The notes under the pieces: generated by a model | Databases searched by the model: none | The model's input: the letters and a program-made list of their open reading frames with translations, nothing else | Told to the model about the DNA's origin: nothing | Shown: piece after piece, positions 35,799 to 46,605 of the stretch | Layout of the letters: each line of letters begins with the position of its first letter | Position numbering within the stretch: the stretch's first letter is position 1 | Program-made: the position numbers and the translations under genes | Source: Selaginella moellendorffii | Lineage: Eukaryota > Plantae > Lycopodiophyta | Assembly (NCBI RefSeq): GCF_000143415.4 | Contig: NW_003314345.1 | Coordinates: forward strand, 768,637-832,636 | Length of the DNA: 64,000 nt | Reading direction: 5' to 3'

Positions 35799-37853
35799 TC
35801 AAAACTTGTGTTCTATGATGTTTGCCAGAGCTACGTAAGGCCCGGCGTTGCAATTCTCGTCGTTGATCGCCGATCGAGCAGCATGGGCTGCGAAGTCCGA
35901 GCGGCTGTGACGCCTACAAGCCCCCAGCAAATTCGCCCAGTCGTGGAAATCCGGCTCGAAAGGCATATGGGCGATGAGATCTCTCATGTCGCGAACGTAT
36001 CCCGCTCGCCCAAGCATGTCGATCAAGCAGCCGTAGTGCTGCTTTGTTCTCGAGACCTGGTGATCGCCCAGCATCGAAACGAAGAAGTTGGAAGCCACTT
36101 TGACGTCGCCCGAGTGGCTCGAGCCGAGCAAAACGCAAGTGAAAGAGATTTGCTCCGGCTGGACGCCCTCCAGTTTCATGGCCTGGAAGTAGTTTAGCAC
36201 ATCGCTTGGATCCGCATTGTGAGCAAACACTCCGAGCATACAGTTCCACGAGACAAGATCTCGCTCGGGCATTCTAGTGAAGAAGTCTTGCGCGAGTTTG
36301 TAATGCCCGCACTGGGCATACACTGCAAGCATAGCGTTCCACGAGATTAAGTCGTGATCGGGCATTTGATCAAACGTTTCTTTTGCTTTAGAGATTTTTC
36401 TGTGTTGGCCATAGCCGGCTAGCAACGCGTTCCACGATCCGATCGCTCTTTCGGGCATAGAGTTAAAGATCTTCTCAGCATCTTCTATATGCCCGGCTTG
36501 GGTATATGCTGCTAGCATCGCGTTTCTTGAGATTACGTTCTTCTCTTGTATGGAATCAAAAAAGCATCTTGCATTTTCGAGTTGCCCCTTGTTTGCGTAA
36601 GCTGTGATCATCGCTGTGGCGGCTACGATGTCCGTATGGGGCATCTCACCGAAGATCTTTCTGGCATCTTCCAAGCGTCCCAGCTGCGAGCACACCGCTA
36701 CCATTGTACTCCAAGAAATAAGATTCCTTCCGGGCATGGAATTAAAGAGTTCTCTCGCGTTTTCGAATCGACCGTTCTCAGCATATGCAACCAGCATTGC
36801 ATTCCAGGAAATGACGTCACGATTGGGCATGGAATCAAAGACGAGCTTGGCTTCACGAAGATGCCCATTCTGCGAATATGCCGTGAGCATCGCGTTCCAC
36901 GAGGCAGTGCTCCTGTCGGGCATGAGATCGAACAAGCGCCTTGCCTCGTGGATATTCCCTTCCTGGGCATATGCGGACAGCATCGCGGTCCAGGAGACGA
37001 GATTCCTATCCGGCATGCCGTCGAAGATTCTCCTTGCGATCTGGAGATGCCCAGCCTGAGAATATGCCGTCAGGAGCGTCGTCCACGAGACCAGGTTTCG
37101 CTCCGGCATTCGATCAAACAACGCTTGTGCCTCTTCCAGATGCCCGGTTTGGGTATATGCTGCAAGCATGGCGTTCCAGGAGATCAGATTCCGGTATCTT
37201 ATTCCCGCAAACGCATATTCTGCACCACAGAGATTCCCTCCTTGGGCATATGCTCCCAGCATCGCGTTCCACGAGACGGCATCCCACTCAGGCATCGAGC
37301 GGAGAATCGCTTCCGCAGGTTTCAAATGCAGGTTATTCGCATATGCTGTGAGCATCAAGTTCCACGACACCATATCCATCTCGGGCATCGCATCGAAAAC
37401 TCGTCTTGCTTGGATCAAGCTCCCGCTGCTGATCGTTGCAGTGAGAATCGCATTCCATGACACCACATCCCTGTCCGGCATTCGATCGAAGATTTGCTTC
37501 GCTCGATCAAGATCTCCGACACGAACATACGCCGCCAGTATCGAGTTCCAAGACACCACATCTCGATCGGGCATGGCATCAAACACCGCAGATGCCCACC
37601 GCAGATGCCCGTTCTGGGCATATGCTGCGATCAGGAGATTCCAGGTATATACATCCCGGGCTTCCATGGAATCAAACACCGCCCTTGCGAGCTCCACGCT
37701 GCCACACCGTCCGTACATCTGTATGAGAAGATTCGAGAGATATACTCCCTGGCTGGTGGTGGAATCGATCCACGGGCTGGCTGCGTCGTGGAGATTGAGC
37801 GCGTCAGCGAAGCTTTGACAGCGCTTGATACAGTCGCCCAGATTCGCGGGCAT
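35799..37853 (-). CDS. PLS-class pentatricopeptide repeat protein with E domain and no DYW
   Basis: 684-aa intronless ORF with about 16 31-aa repeats (RxxVSWNAMLxAYxQxG...FDxMP), then HYGCLIDMLGRAG, MPFEPD and LLGACRRH. Confidence 0.95.
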   Translation of the reverse strand: MPANLGDCIKRCQSFADALNLHDAASPWIDSTTSQGVYLSNLLIQMYGRCGSVELARAVFDSMEARDVYTWNLLIAAYAQNGHLRWASAVFDAMPDRDVVSWNSILAAYVRVGDLDRAKQIFDRMPDRDVVSWNAILTATISSGSLIQARRVFDAMPEMDMVSWNLMLTAYANNLHLKPAEAILRSMPEWDAVSWNAMLGAYAQGGNLCGAEYAFAGIRYRNLISWNAMLAAYTQTGHLEEAQALFDRMPERNLVSWTTLLTAYSQAGHLQIARRIFDGMPDRNLVSWTAMLSAYAQEGNIHEARRLFDLMPDRSTASWNAMLTAYSQNGHLREAKLVFDSMPNRDVISWNAMLVAYAENGRFENARELFNSMPGRNLISWSTMVAVCSQLGRLEDARKIFGEMPHTDIVAATAMITAYANKGQLENARCFFDSIQEKNVISRNAMLAAYTQAGHIEDAEKIFNSMPERAIGSWNALLAGYGQHRKISKAKETFDQMPDHDLISWNAMLAVYAQCGHYKLAQDFFTRMPERDLVSWNCMLGVFAHNADPSDVLNYFQAMKLEGVQPEQISFTCVLLGSSHSGDVKVASNFFVSMLGDHQVSRTKQHYGCLIDMLGRAGYVRDMRDLIAHMPFEPDFHDWANLLGACRRHSRSDFAAHAARSAINDENCNAGPYVALANIIEHKF

Positions 37854-38298
37854 GTGCCGTTCGCCACGGTGTCACGCCGTAATATTCCGTCAAGACAGCT
37901 CACATCACGCGGGTGAGACGTGGCGCGCTCGTGCCTCTTGAGATCGACGACGCAGGGAGCTCCGCTGGTGCTATATAGCGTCTCTCCTGGGACGTGGTCT
38001 GTGTTCTCGCCCGAGCGCTGCCCTACTGGTTCTAGGATCTCTCTTCTCTCCGCGAAATTCTCGATCGATCTTCTAGCAATGCCGACGCTTCTCCAGCAAT
38101 TGCCATTCCGAGTGAGGTCGACGATCAAGCGCGACGAGGATGCGAGCGACGCGCCCCCGATTGGAGGTCTCCTTCCCTCGATCTCTCGAAATCTCTACTC
38201 ATTCTCTTCGCATTGCGCCTTGTTTCTTGGATAATCGCTGTCTTTCTTGGTGTTCTCTCCCTTTCCTGATCGATTCCGCCTTCTTTCTCGCAGAATCC

Positions 38299-39382
38299 AT
38301 GGCGGAGAACATCTTCAAGGCGATGGAGAAGGCCATGATCGAAGAGGAGGAGGAAGGCCGGTGTCTTTCGATCGCATGCACAGAGATTTTGGATGTCGAT
38401 CTTTATGTTCTTGGTTCTTTCTTGCGCAGAGAGGTACGAGCGGTACGGGAAGGAGAAGGAGCAGAAATTCAAGCTCCACGTCTCCTGGCTCGAGACATCC
38501 GAGAGCCACATCATCGCTGTCGAGCTGCCCGGTAGTAAAATCTCTCCCCTTGCGTTGCATCTCTATTCTCTCGGACATCGCTGACCCCCGCTGACATTCG
38601 CTGACCCTGGTCCACTAACTCTGACTCGTTGCTCGTTCTAACGATCGTTTTGCTGAATCGATGTAACCTTCTCTTTGTTGTCGCGAATGGGATTTCTAAT
38701 CTTCCTCGTTTTCTTTCTTTATCTAGCGATCTAACCATTTCCATTCCTCTTGTTGTCGCGATCTTTGTTCTTTCTTTCGCTCGTTCTCTCCATTTTTCGA
38801 AATTCTTTTGTTCTTTGCTCGGCTCGCGAAATTCTTTTGTTCTTTGCTCGCCTCTTTCCACCAATCCAGATTGCTCGGCATTGTTTTGTTCTTCTCGTTT
38901 TCTTCTTCGGAATTCTTATTGTGATCCAACGATTTCCATTTCTCAGAGTTTTTGTCTTCCGGATAGATCGGTTGTTCTCTTCGAATTTCTCTTCCGCTGC
39001 TCGCTTTCCATCAATCTAGAGCGCGTGACTAACACTTCCATTCTTCGATGTAATTCCTCTTTCGTTGCGCTTTCGTTGCGCTTTCGTTGCTAATGGCTGG
39101 TTGGCTCTCTCGATCGCAGGAGTGGAAAAGTCGGGCATCAAGCTCCAGAAGATGGGCGATCAGGCGCTGCAACTCTCGGGCGAGCGCGAGGACGTGCTGC
39201 CGCTGCCCAAGGACGACGCCAAAGCCAAGTTCCGCCAGAAGGAGCTCCGCGCAGCCACCTTCTCGCGGGTCTTCAAGTTCCCGTCCAAGGTCAAGGAGAT
39301 CAAGGCCACCTTCACAAACGGCATCCTCACCATCACCGTCCCCAAGGAGCACGACACCGTCATGACCATCGCCATCCAGTAG
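38299..39382 (+). CDS. Small heat-shock / alpha-crystallin domain protein, spliced
   Basis: VSWLETSESHIIAVELPG|VEKSGIKL...LQLSGER...FSRVFKFP...IKATFTNGILTITVPK; the first intron boundaries are uncertain. Confidence 0.82.
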
Positions 39383-39634
39383 AACAAACAAGAACAAAAT
39401 CTTATAGATCTCTCCTTCCCAATTCTCCTCTAGCTCGAGGCTGGCGCCATTTTTTTGCGCTGCCGAGAGAGATCTAGTTCTTTGCTGATCAATCAATCGA
39501 TTCTATGTTAGCTTCCATCTACCCTGGGATCGATCGCCATCGATTTCCACGTGATCGATCGCTCGATCACTCCGCGTTTAGTTGTATCATTCCTCGCGCG
39601 TTTCTAGAGCTAATCATCACATTGTATTGTGATA

Positions 39635-40970
39635 ATGGCTGTGATAATGGCTGCCGCGATAGCGCTAGAAAGACCATGGCCAGTGCTTTGCTTGCCCAAA
39701 TCCTCTTCGCGAATTCGATGTAGCGCCAGCGATTGCTCCGGTGGAGGGGCTGGACGAAAGAGAAGAGATCTCCTGCTGGCGTCGGGAATTCTCACTACCC
39801 AGATCGTTGGCGGCGCCGCTAGAGCGATCGAGGCGGGTAGCGCGGCGGGCATCAGGGCGCTCGTCCAGGAAGCCCAGGAGGAATGGGGACGAGGGTTGGA
39901 TCCAGAAAACCCTGATCGCGCAACGAGCTTGGATCGCGCGTGCCGGATTTTCGACCGCATTGTCGCCATGGATCCCGCCAGGACCGCGTGGCTAGAAGGG
40001 CGAGGCCAGGTAAGATTCTTTCTTGGAAGATCGATTCGAGCTTCTTCTCTCGCGCAGGTTCGTGTGGATGCCAAGCGATTCGAGGAAGCGGTGGCCGATT
40101 TCGATGAAGCGATTCGCAGGTACTGAGGATTTTTTTTCTTTGTGATCTTAGAGGATTCGTGGCTTAGGCAGCCAGGGAACTATCGAGCTTACTCCGGACG
40201 AGCGCTGGCTTTCGAAGGGCTGGCGCAGTGGAGCAACGCGGTCGCGGATTACACGGAAGCTTTGCAACGAGGAAGAGCCGCGACTGGGTATCGGGATCCA
40301 TACGTGATGAACAGCCGAGGGAATGCTCTCGCTTCGCTTGGGCGGTACAAGGAGGCACTGCGCGACTACTCGGCAAGCTTTGACGTGAGAGCATCGATCG
40401 ATCATAAAACTCTTCGTTTTGCTTGCTCGAGAGCTGCTCGATCTTTCTAAAGTTTAGAGTTATATGTGTATGATCTTGGCAGGCTTTCCAGGATGCAAGG
40501 GAGCTGGACGGGGCCATCTACGCGAAAGCCAACGCTGCTCTCATGCGTATCCAGGTAATTTGGCTTCCATCTCCCACCGATCGATCATCGAGAAACTCTA
40601 ACTTTGAGAATGTTTCAATCAGGTTGGCGATGAAGCAAATGGACTCAAAGAGTTGCTAGCAGTGGCACGAAGAGCTCCCGGAAGCATCGACATGCGAGCG
40701 GCACTCGCGGCCGTGTACTGGTCCATGGTGAGAGCTTCGATCTCCAGGATCTCATTTCATCGCTACCATCTTTTCGAAACTTCACAGGGCCGAGCCAACG
40801 AAGCCGAGGACGAGTGGGAGTTTGCCTGCGAGAAGATAAACTCGGGCAGGCTCTTCGACGGCTGCGAGCGCTACAAAGACACGGACTGGCTCAAGAGGAT
40901 CCGGCGATGGCCCCCGGTTATGATCCAACACATGGACGATTTCTTGCGAGTCCGTAAATCTCCAAGGTGA
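39635..40970 (+). CDS. Plastid TPR protein with a probable Tat (twin-arginine) lumen signal; about 6 exons
   Basis: Transit-like N-terminus; RRDLLLAS...ARA; TPR motifs AYSGRALAFEGLAQWSNAVADY and NSRGNALASLGRYKEALRDY; C-terminal YKDTDWLKRIRRWPP. Confidence 0.83.
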
Positions 40971-41040
40971 CCACCACCATGCCCGGATCATCCATTTTTA
41001 TTTCTCGATCGCGGCCACAAGTTACGGAGAAAACCAGCTC

Positions 41041-41928
41041 TTACACTTCAGTGTTCGAAGCCCAGACAGGGATCTGCTCGTCACTTCTATACAAGACCAA
41101 GTTCCTATCATCCTGGAGCGCCAGAATCGACGACACGAGCTTGTAGCCGGAGACAAAGGTGTTGGTCGCCCAAAAGCAGACCTCGTCATTGTCGATCACT
41201 AGATTCCCATCCTGCTGGACCAGCAGGAAGCAGCCGCTTCCCTTGTCACTGGTCGGGGAGGCCCAGATCCTGTCGGCTCCAGCGTAGAGCACGGCCTCGC
41301 AGCTTCGCTCCATGGCGAGCCTGTATAGTCCGTTTGGAGACGAGAGAGCTTGGGTGGCGAGAAGCTTGGAGTATAAGCGCGGCCTTGGGCCGCTCTGGAT
41401 CATACTGCCGTAAGGAAAGCAGGTGTAGGGGAAGGAATCGATGCGCTGCAAGGGGGGAATGCTGCTGCTGCTGCTGCTGCCTGGATCCAGCGATTCCTCG
41501 ACGGCGTACTCCATGCCGAATCGCCCGTCGATGGCAGTGATGAAGCTGTAGCCCCAGGCGAAGAGGGAATTGGCGACGGCGTCGTGGAGGTCGCGGAAGG
41601 CGCTGATGAGCATGAAGCCGGGCATGGTGTTGTCGGCGGCGGGCGTGGCGTGGCAGTCGCTGGTGAAGAACCAGAGGCGGAGGAAGACGCGGTGGCCGTC
41701 GACGGTGATGGTGTCGGAGAAGGAGCGCGGGGCGTGGGGCGTGTAGGGGATGTTGCTGACGAGCGTGGCCAGGGCGCTGCTCACCAGGACGCGGGAGTTG
41801 CTGGCGATTGCGCGGGGGATGCCGCGATCGAAGATCTCCGGGTAGCCGGCGCTGCCATCCAGGAGCAGCGCGAGGAGGACGACGAGTACGAGGAGGGATG
41901 TGCACGCTGGGATTGGCAGTGCTGCCAT
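41041..41928 (-). CDS. Secreted protein with an unrecognised N-terminal domain and a C-terminal bulb-type (GNA) lectin domain
   Basis: Hydrophobic signal peptide; LSSPNGLYRLAM, QQDGNLVI, WATNT, QDDRNLVLY, VWASNT; intronless. Confidence 0.85.
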   Translation of the reverse strand: MAALPIPACTSLLVLVVLLALLLDGSAGYPEIFDRGIPRAIASNSRVLVSSALATLVSNIPYTPHAPRSFSDTITVDGHRVFLRLWFFTSDCHATPAADNTMPGFMLISAFRDLHDAVANSLFAWGYSFITAIDGRFGMEYAVEESLDPGSSSSSSIPPLQRIDSFPYTCFPYGSMIQSGPRPRLYSKLLATQALSSPNGLYRLAMERSCEAVLYAGADRIWASPTSDKGSGCFLLVQQDGNLVIDNDEVCFWATNTFVSGYKLVSSILALQDDRNLVLYRSDEQIPVWASNTEV

Positions 41929-42499
41929 GGACAGCAAACTTTTGGATTCCTTCCATAGCTTTTTAACTTGGACAGACTGAATTATTTGAGCGGAACATTT
42001 TTGCAAAATGAATATTCCTTGGTGTTCTAACTTTTTGCAATAATTATAGACTTTACTTTATGAAATATATAATTGTTAAATGAAATTTAAAAAAAAAACA
42101 TGATTTTTATAAAGTATAATAACTTATCATTGCCGGTGCTTTTAAATAAAGATCCACTCGGCATGCAGAGAAGATGATTTATTTTCTCCTGATGGTAGTT
42201 CATGCTTACTCATTAAATTCCTGTATTTGAAAGACATGGTTAAGAACTTAGGCGAGGAAAGTACACTTTCCAAACTATGCAATAACCTTGTTTCCTGTTT
42301 CAAACGCAAACAAATTGAAGGCCCAGGTAGAAGAAAAGCTCACTTCAAACAAAATATGGAGGCAAGGAAATTTTAACGCCCGCAATCCTGCTCCGTGTTT
42401 ATCAATTCTATGCATCTTCTTTTCATCTCCTTGTAGGCTGTGAAACAAAACGTAACGTTTGCAGCTGAAAGTACTTGAAGCTTACTCAATCAGTGTCGA

Positions 42500-43900
42500 C
42501 GATTGCTTTGTCATCGCAGTCAAACGCTACAATCGTATGCTCTCCGGCTGTTGGAACTTATTTGCGACAAGTTTAGTAACAATGGTGTGAGCAACACGAT
42601 CAAACTGAAAGGGAAATATGGTTCAAATGACCATAGGCATTGCTGAGTTCTTTTAGTCACCTCCCTCCAGGCAAAACTTGTCCTTGCTCATTGCTCATTG
42701 TCACCCCACGCATAAACGTCACCTTATGATGTTAAGGCTACAGCATGACGAGCTCCCGCACTTGCCTGGACAATATTGTCATTTTCAAGCGCGCAAACCA
42801 GCTTTGAAACAAGGATGTTATCTTGAGTGTCTGACCCCAGTGACCATGCCCCAACTATAGCAAGCAAACTCGTAAGCTCATCCTAGTTCATGTATGCAAA
42901 ACAGTAAAACTCACTGAAAAACGCTGGCCATCTGAATCAATGGCCATGGTATAGTCCGCACCACAGAGAACCTGAGTGAGCAGGCGATCACTGAGAGCCG
43001 TGACGGGCACCGGCTGCAAATGCTTCTCAACGCTTCCACAGCCAATCTGCCCATACTTTCCTCGTCCCCAGCTAAAGAGCGGCAAACTTCTCAAACTTGT
43101 TGCCTCGATGAAGTTCCTGAGTACAACATACCTGACCCTCAACTGTCAAAGCGCAGTTGTGATTGTCACCGTAGGCGATTAGCAATGCTGCATATCCATG
43201 GCATTCTAGTTTTCTGTCTAGCTAACACAGACAAATACCTGGACGATTCCCAAGCCCCAAAGGCTGTCAACAATAACCGGCGCGCCGAAGCTTTCCGTGG
43301 CTCCGTGACCGAGAGCACCAAACATGCCTTGTCCGAATGAGTAAACGTCCCCGCTGCCTGCACAGAAGTATAAATCTCATCAACCTTGAGCCATTTTACC
43401 TGTGAGAGCGAGTGTTCGGCCAGAACCACAAGCAACACGGACAAACAGGAGTTCGCGAGATGAAGCGAGGCAGCGGGCTGTTAAAAACGCCAGCCGCATG
43501 GAGCTGGCCAAACTCTCCACATCCCCAGGAAACTAGCGAGCCAGTGTCTGAAACTCAAAGTTTAAGCTAGAAGGAACTCGAGGGAAAAACAAAAGATACC
43601 AGTCACAGCGACAGTGTGACCGTGAGAAACAAGTGAAGTATCTAGCGTTGAACCTCTCACAGGAGAGAATTCACACCCGGAAGATTTCGTTCCAAGCCGT
43701 CCGGAATCGTTCGAGCCAGTTGTGTAGAGTTCCCCTTCGTCTAGAAACAAAGAAACAAAAAAAAAAGGAGGATCGCCCGAATCACTCATTCTCACCTGTT
43801 AGAAATGCCGTGTGATAATCACTGGGCGCAATGTGTACCACGTCCTTGTGAGCGAGGCTGCTGGTCCAAACGAAAGTGCTGCACTCGATGATCTTAGTGA
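42500..43900 (-). pseudogene. RCC1-repeat protein pseudogene fragments
   Basis: DVVHIAPSDYHTAFLT, GELYTTGSNDSGRLG and WGRGKYGQIG...PVPVTALSD...QVLCGADYTMAIDSDG; discontinuous. Confidence 0.72.
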
Positions 43901-44384
43901 CAGTGGGCGACGCGCCAGAGAACAAAATATTAGGGTTTATAAGGACATGGACTGGGGGAGTTTTGCGCTTGTCCAAGAAAGGGGTGAATACACAGGTCTC
44001 GGAGCATTCCTTAGATTAGATGGTTTACACGGTTGTAACGATTGATTGCATTGGGAACTAGGACCAAATGCCTCAACGCAGCCTGCCATGCCGAAGTGAG
44101 CGCTAGAAGAACATTGCTCAAGTAAGTTATCCCGTTGTTCCTCATATATATTGCAGGCGTTCCTACGGGTTTTTTTTGGTAGATGAGGGGCAAGATTCCC
44201 GAGTTTTTCAAGAGGGATGATAATGGCAAACTGCGCATGCATCTCTACATCAGCCAGTCACCTTGTAAGTCTTACTATCTCTTTGATCATCCACTCTCTC
44301 TTTGACCATCTGGTTCTTCCACTCTATCTCTTTGATCATCCGGTTCTTCCATACTATCTTTGATCATCCGGTTCTTTCTACTTG

Positions 44385-45130
44385 ATAGTGGAGACGCATG
44401 CATCTTAGGAGTTGATCCTGGGGCCGGAGAAGACGATCACAGTGTTTTTTGCTGCACGACGGTGGCAAAGCTGGTGTCTACACAAGTTCACTCGGAACAA
44501 AGCCTGCAGACAATGGCCATGCTTAGGCGAAAGCCTGGCCGGGGAGATGCCACTTTCTCTAGGAGTTGTAGCGACAAGATCGCAAGATGGAACGTTTTGG
44601 GAGTTCACTCCTGGATCAAACACTGTATGTAGGAGCTCTCTTGTCCTTGTTCCTCAACGAACCAGGATACATCTCGACGGTTACTGTTGCTAGGAGCACG
44701 AAAGCATCGTGTGCTCAGTGGCACGGAATCTAGAAGCTCCTTACAGACTCAACCAGGTAAGACTTTGTGAAATGCTTTTGTAATCCTCGTATGCAGCCAG
44801 TGATTTGGCTCGCACCAACACCTCCGGAGGATTACATGCTCTATCCAAGTGGATTGCCTGCGGGTTTGGCTTTCACTCCGAGGCAGCATATGTGATGCTA
44901 TCGTTCCCTGTTAGATATTCGATCAGCTGGGACTCGTCCGGCCCCACTAGGTTGTGATTAGAACAACGGGAAGGAAGCAAGGCACTGCGGGCAAAGGAGC
45001 GTTGTTGCTAGCTACAGAATCAAAGCTCAACAGGTTAGACAAAGAAGAAGATCACTCCATACTGAAAAACTTTCGTTTTTCTTCCTCAGGAAGTCACTGG
45101 GGAGATCATTTAGACACCTGTTGACGCATT
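44385..45130 (+). pseudogene. tRNA-specific adenosine deaminase (TAD1/ADAT1-like) fragments
   Basis: [28 protein letters not shown]; downstream YSISW and TTGRKQGT remnants with stops. Confidence 0.78.
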
Positions 45131-46143
45131 TCTTCCCTGGCTAGCAACTACTTGGAGTGCAAAGTAAAGCATCTTAGTCTTCTGACTCACAGCTTCTTAA
45201 CTTTCTCTTTCTTTTTTATTTTCTTGAAAGAGATTCTTTTAGATGGCTAAGTTGTTTTAGCTTTGTGACAGTTAGATGAGACACAATGCCTCCATCAGCC
45301 TTGTAGATAAGTTATTTATCTTCCATCAAGCTGGAAAAACCTCGTCATCTAAGACTATTGGATCGCTTGAAGCCACCATCACGGGGAACTTGGATCACTG
45401 TCACAACCTTGGAATTCTTGAAACTGCCCAGATATTCTTCTGGCAGCTCACATGGCGGAATAAAATCTTGTCATTGCTCACTCGCCAGCTGGAGTGCCTC
45501 CCATGACTTCTTGCCACATTCGTATATCCGCCCGATATACAACGATTTGGCCCTGTTGGCTTTGTAGATCCGGTTGGACCCTTGCAATGTCCGCCACTTC
45601 CTGGGAATGATCTTGTGTTGAGTCGCTCCTATCACTCGAGCTCACAACCATCTTGTTGCGATCGACAACGAGGGTCATATGGTCTCCAGTGATGGGAGAG
45701 GATCCAATAGATCCTCCACCAGATTGTATACCTTGGTGTCTGGTTCCTTGCTCTTATGGTTGCCACCCCCGACGTAGAGCTGACCATCCATAGCTCCGGA
45801 CACAGTCAAGGATACAGCATTGGTGCCATGGCGCTCCATCAATTTGCATGTGAGTCAAAGATGCTAACTGATTTCCCAATGCCCCAGGAGAAGTTTAACA
45901 GTGATTCCTCTGCACAGGGCTTGGACTTGTCGTCATGACGCATAGAATTTAGGAGCAGCCTTGCTGTTTAATATAAAGAGAGTGGTTATCAAATTTGGGC
46001 ATGCTTCAAAACCCTTCCAAAAAATATTCTCCCACTTGAGAAAGTGAAGCCATCACTTTCCTTATCTCTTAGCTCAGCAACAGCGATGTCATTATTTTAC
46101 CTTTTTCCCTCTGGATGAGATCTCTTTCTCTTTTTCTTTTTTC

Positions 46144-46605
46144 AACCACTAGTTTGTTGGTACAGCATATATAAAATATCCAAAATTGTCCATTTGAAAA
46201 CCGCAGATCTTTCGTGGTTGCTAGAATATATATTCACTCTGAGCCAAAAGCATCCACTTGTTTATAATAGTTCCACTTCAACTCATTTGTTGTCATGCTA
46301 CTGTTCTTTGCTCTCTTTATATTTTTTTATTTTGTTTCCAATGGATGAAGATCAGATTAATACACATTTCTTCTTTCTCTTTTTCTTTTTGCACACAGTA
46401 ACTGAACCACTAGTTTGTTGGTTGGGTCACATTACAGCATATATAAGATACTCAAAATTATCCATGTACTTTTCGTTAGGAATCTTTCTTGATTGAGTCC
46501 CCATAGTTGCTAGAATGTATATTCACTCTAAGCTATCCACTCATTTATAATAGATCCACTTGAACTCATTTGTTTCTTACTATATTCTACTGTTTTTTAC
46601 TCTCT
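46144..46605. repeat. Diverged tandem duplication with a period of about 260 bp
   Basis: AACCACTAGTTTGTTGG, GTTGCTAGAATRTATATTCACTCT and TTTATAATAG.TCCACTT.AACTCATTTGTT each occur twice in the same order. Confidence 0.75.

Noticed and set aside
36546-37818. Long plus-strand ORFs opposite the PPR gene (similarly 17232-18233 opposite the MCO)
   Set aside because: Antisense shadows of real coding sequence.
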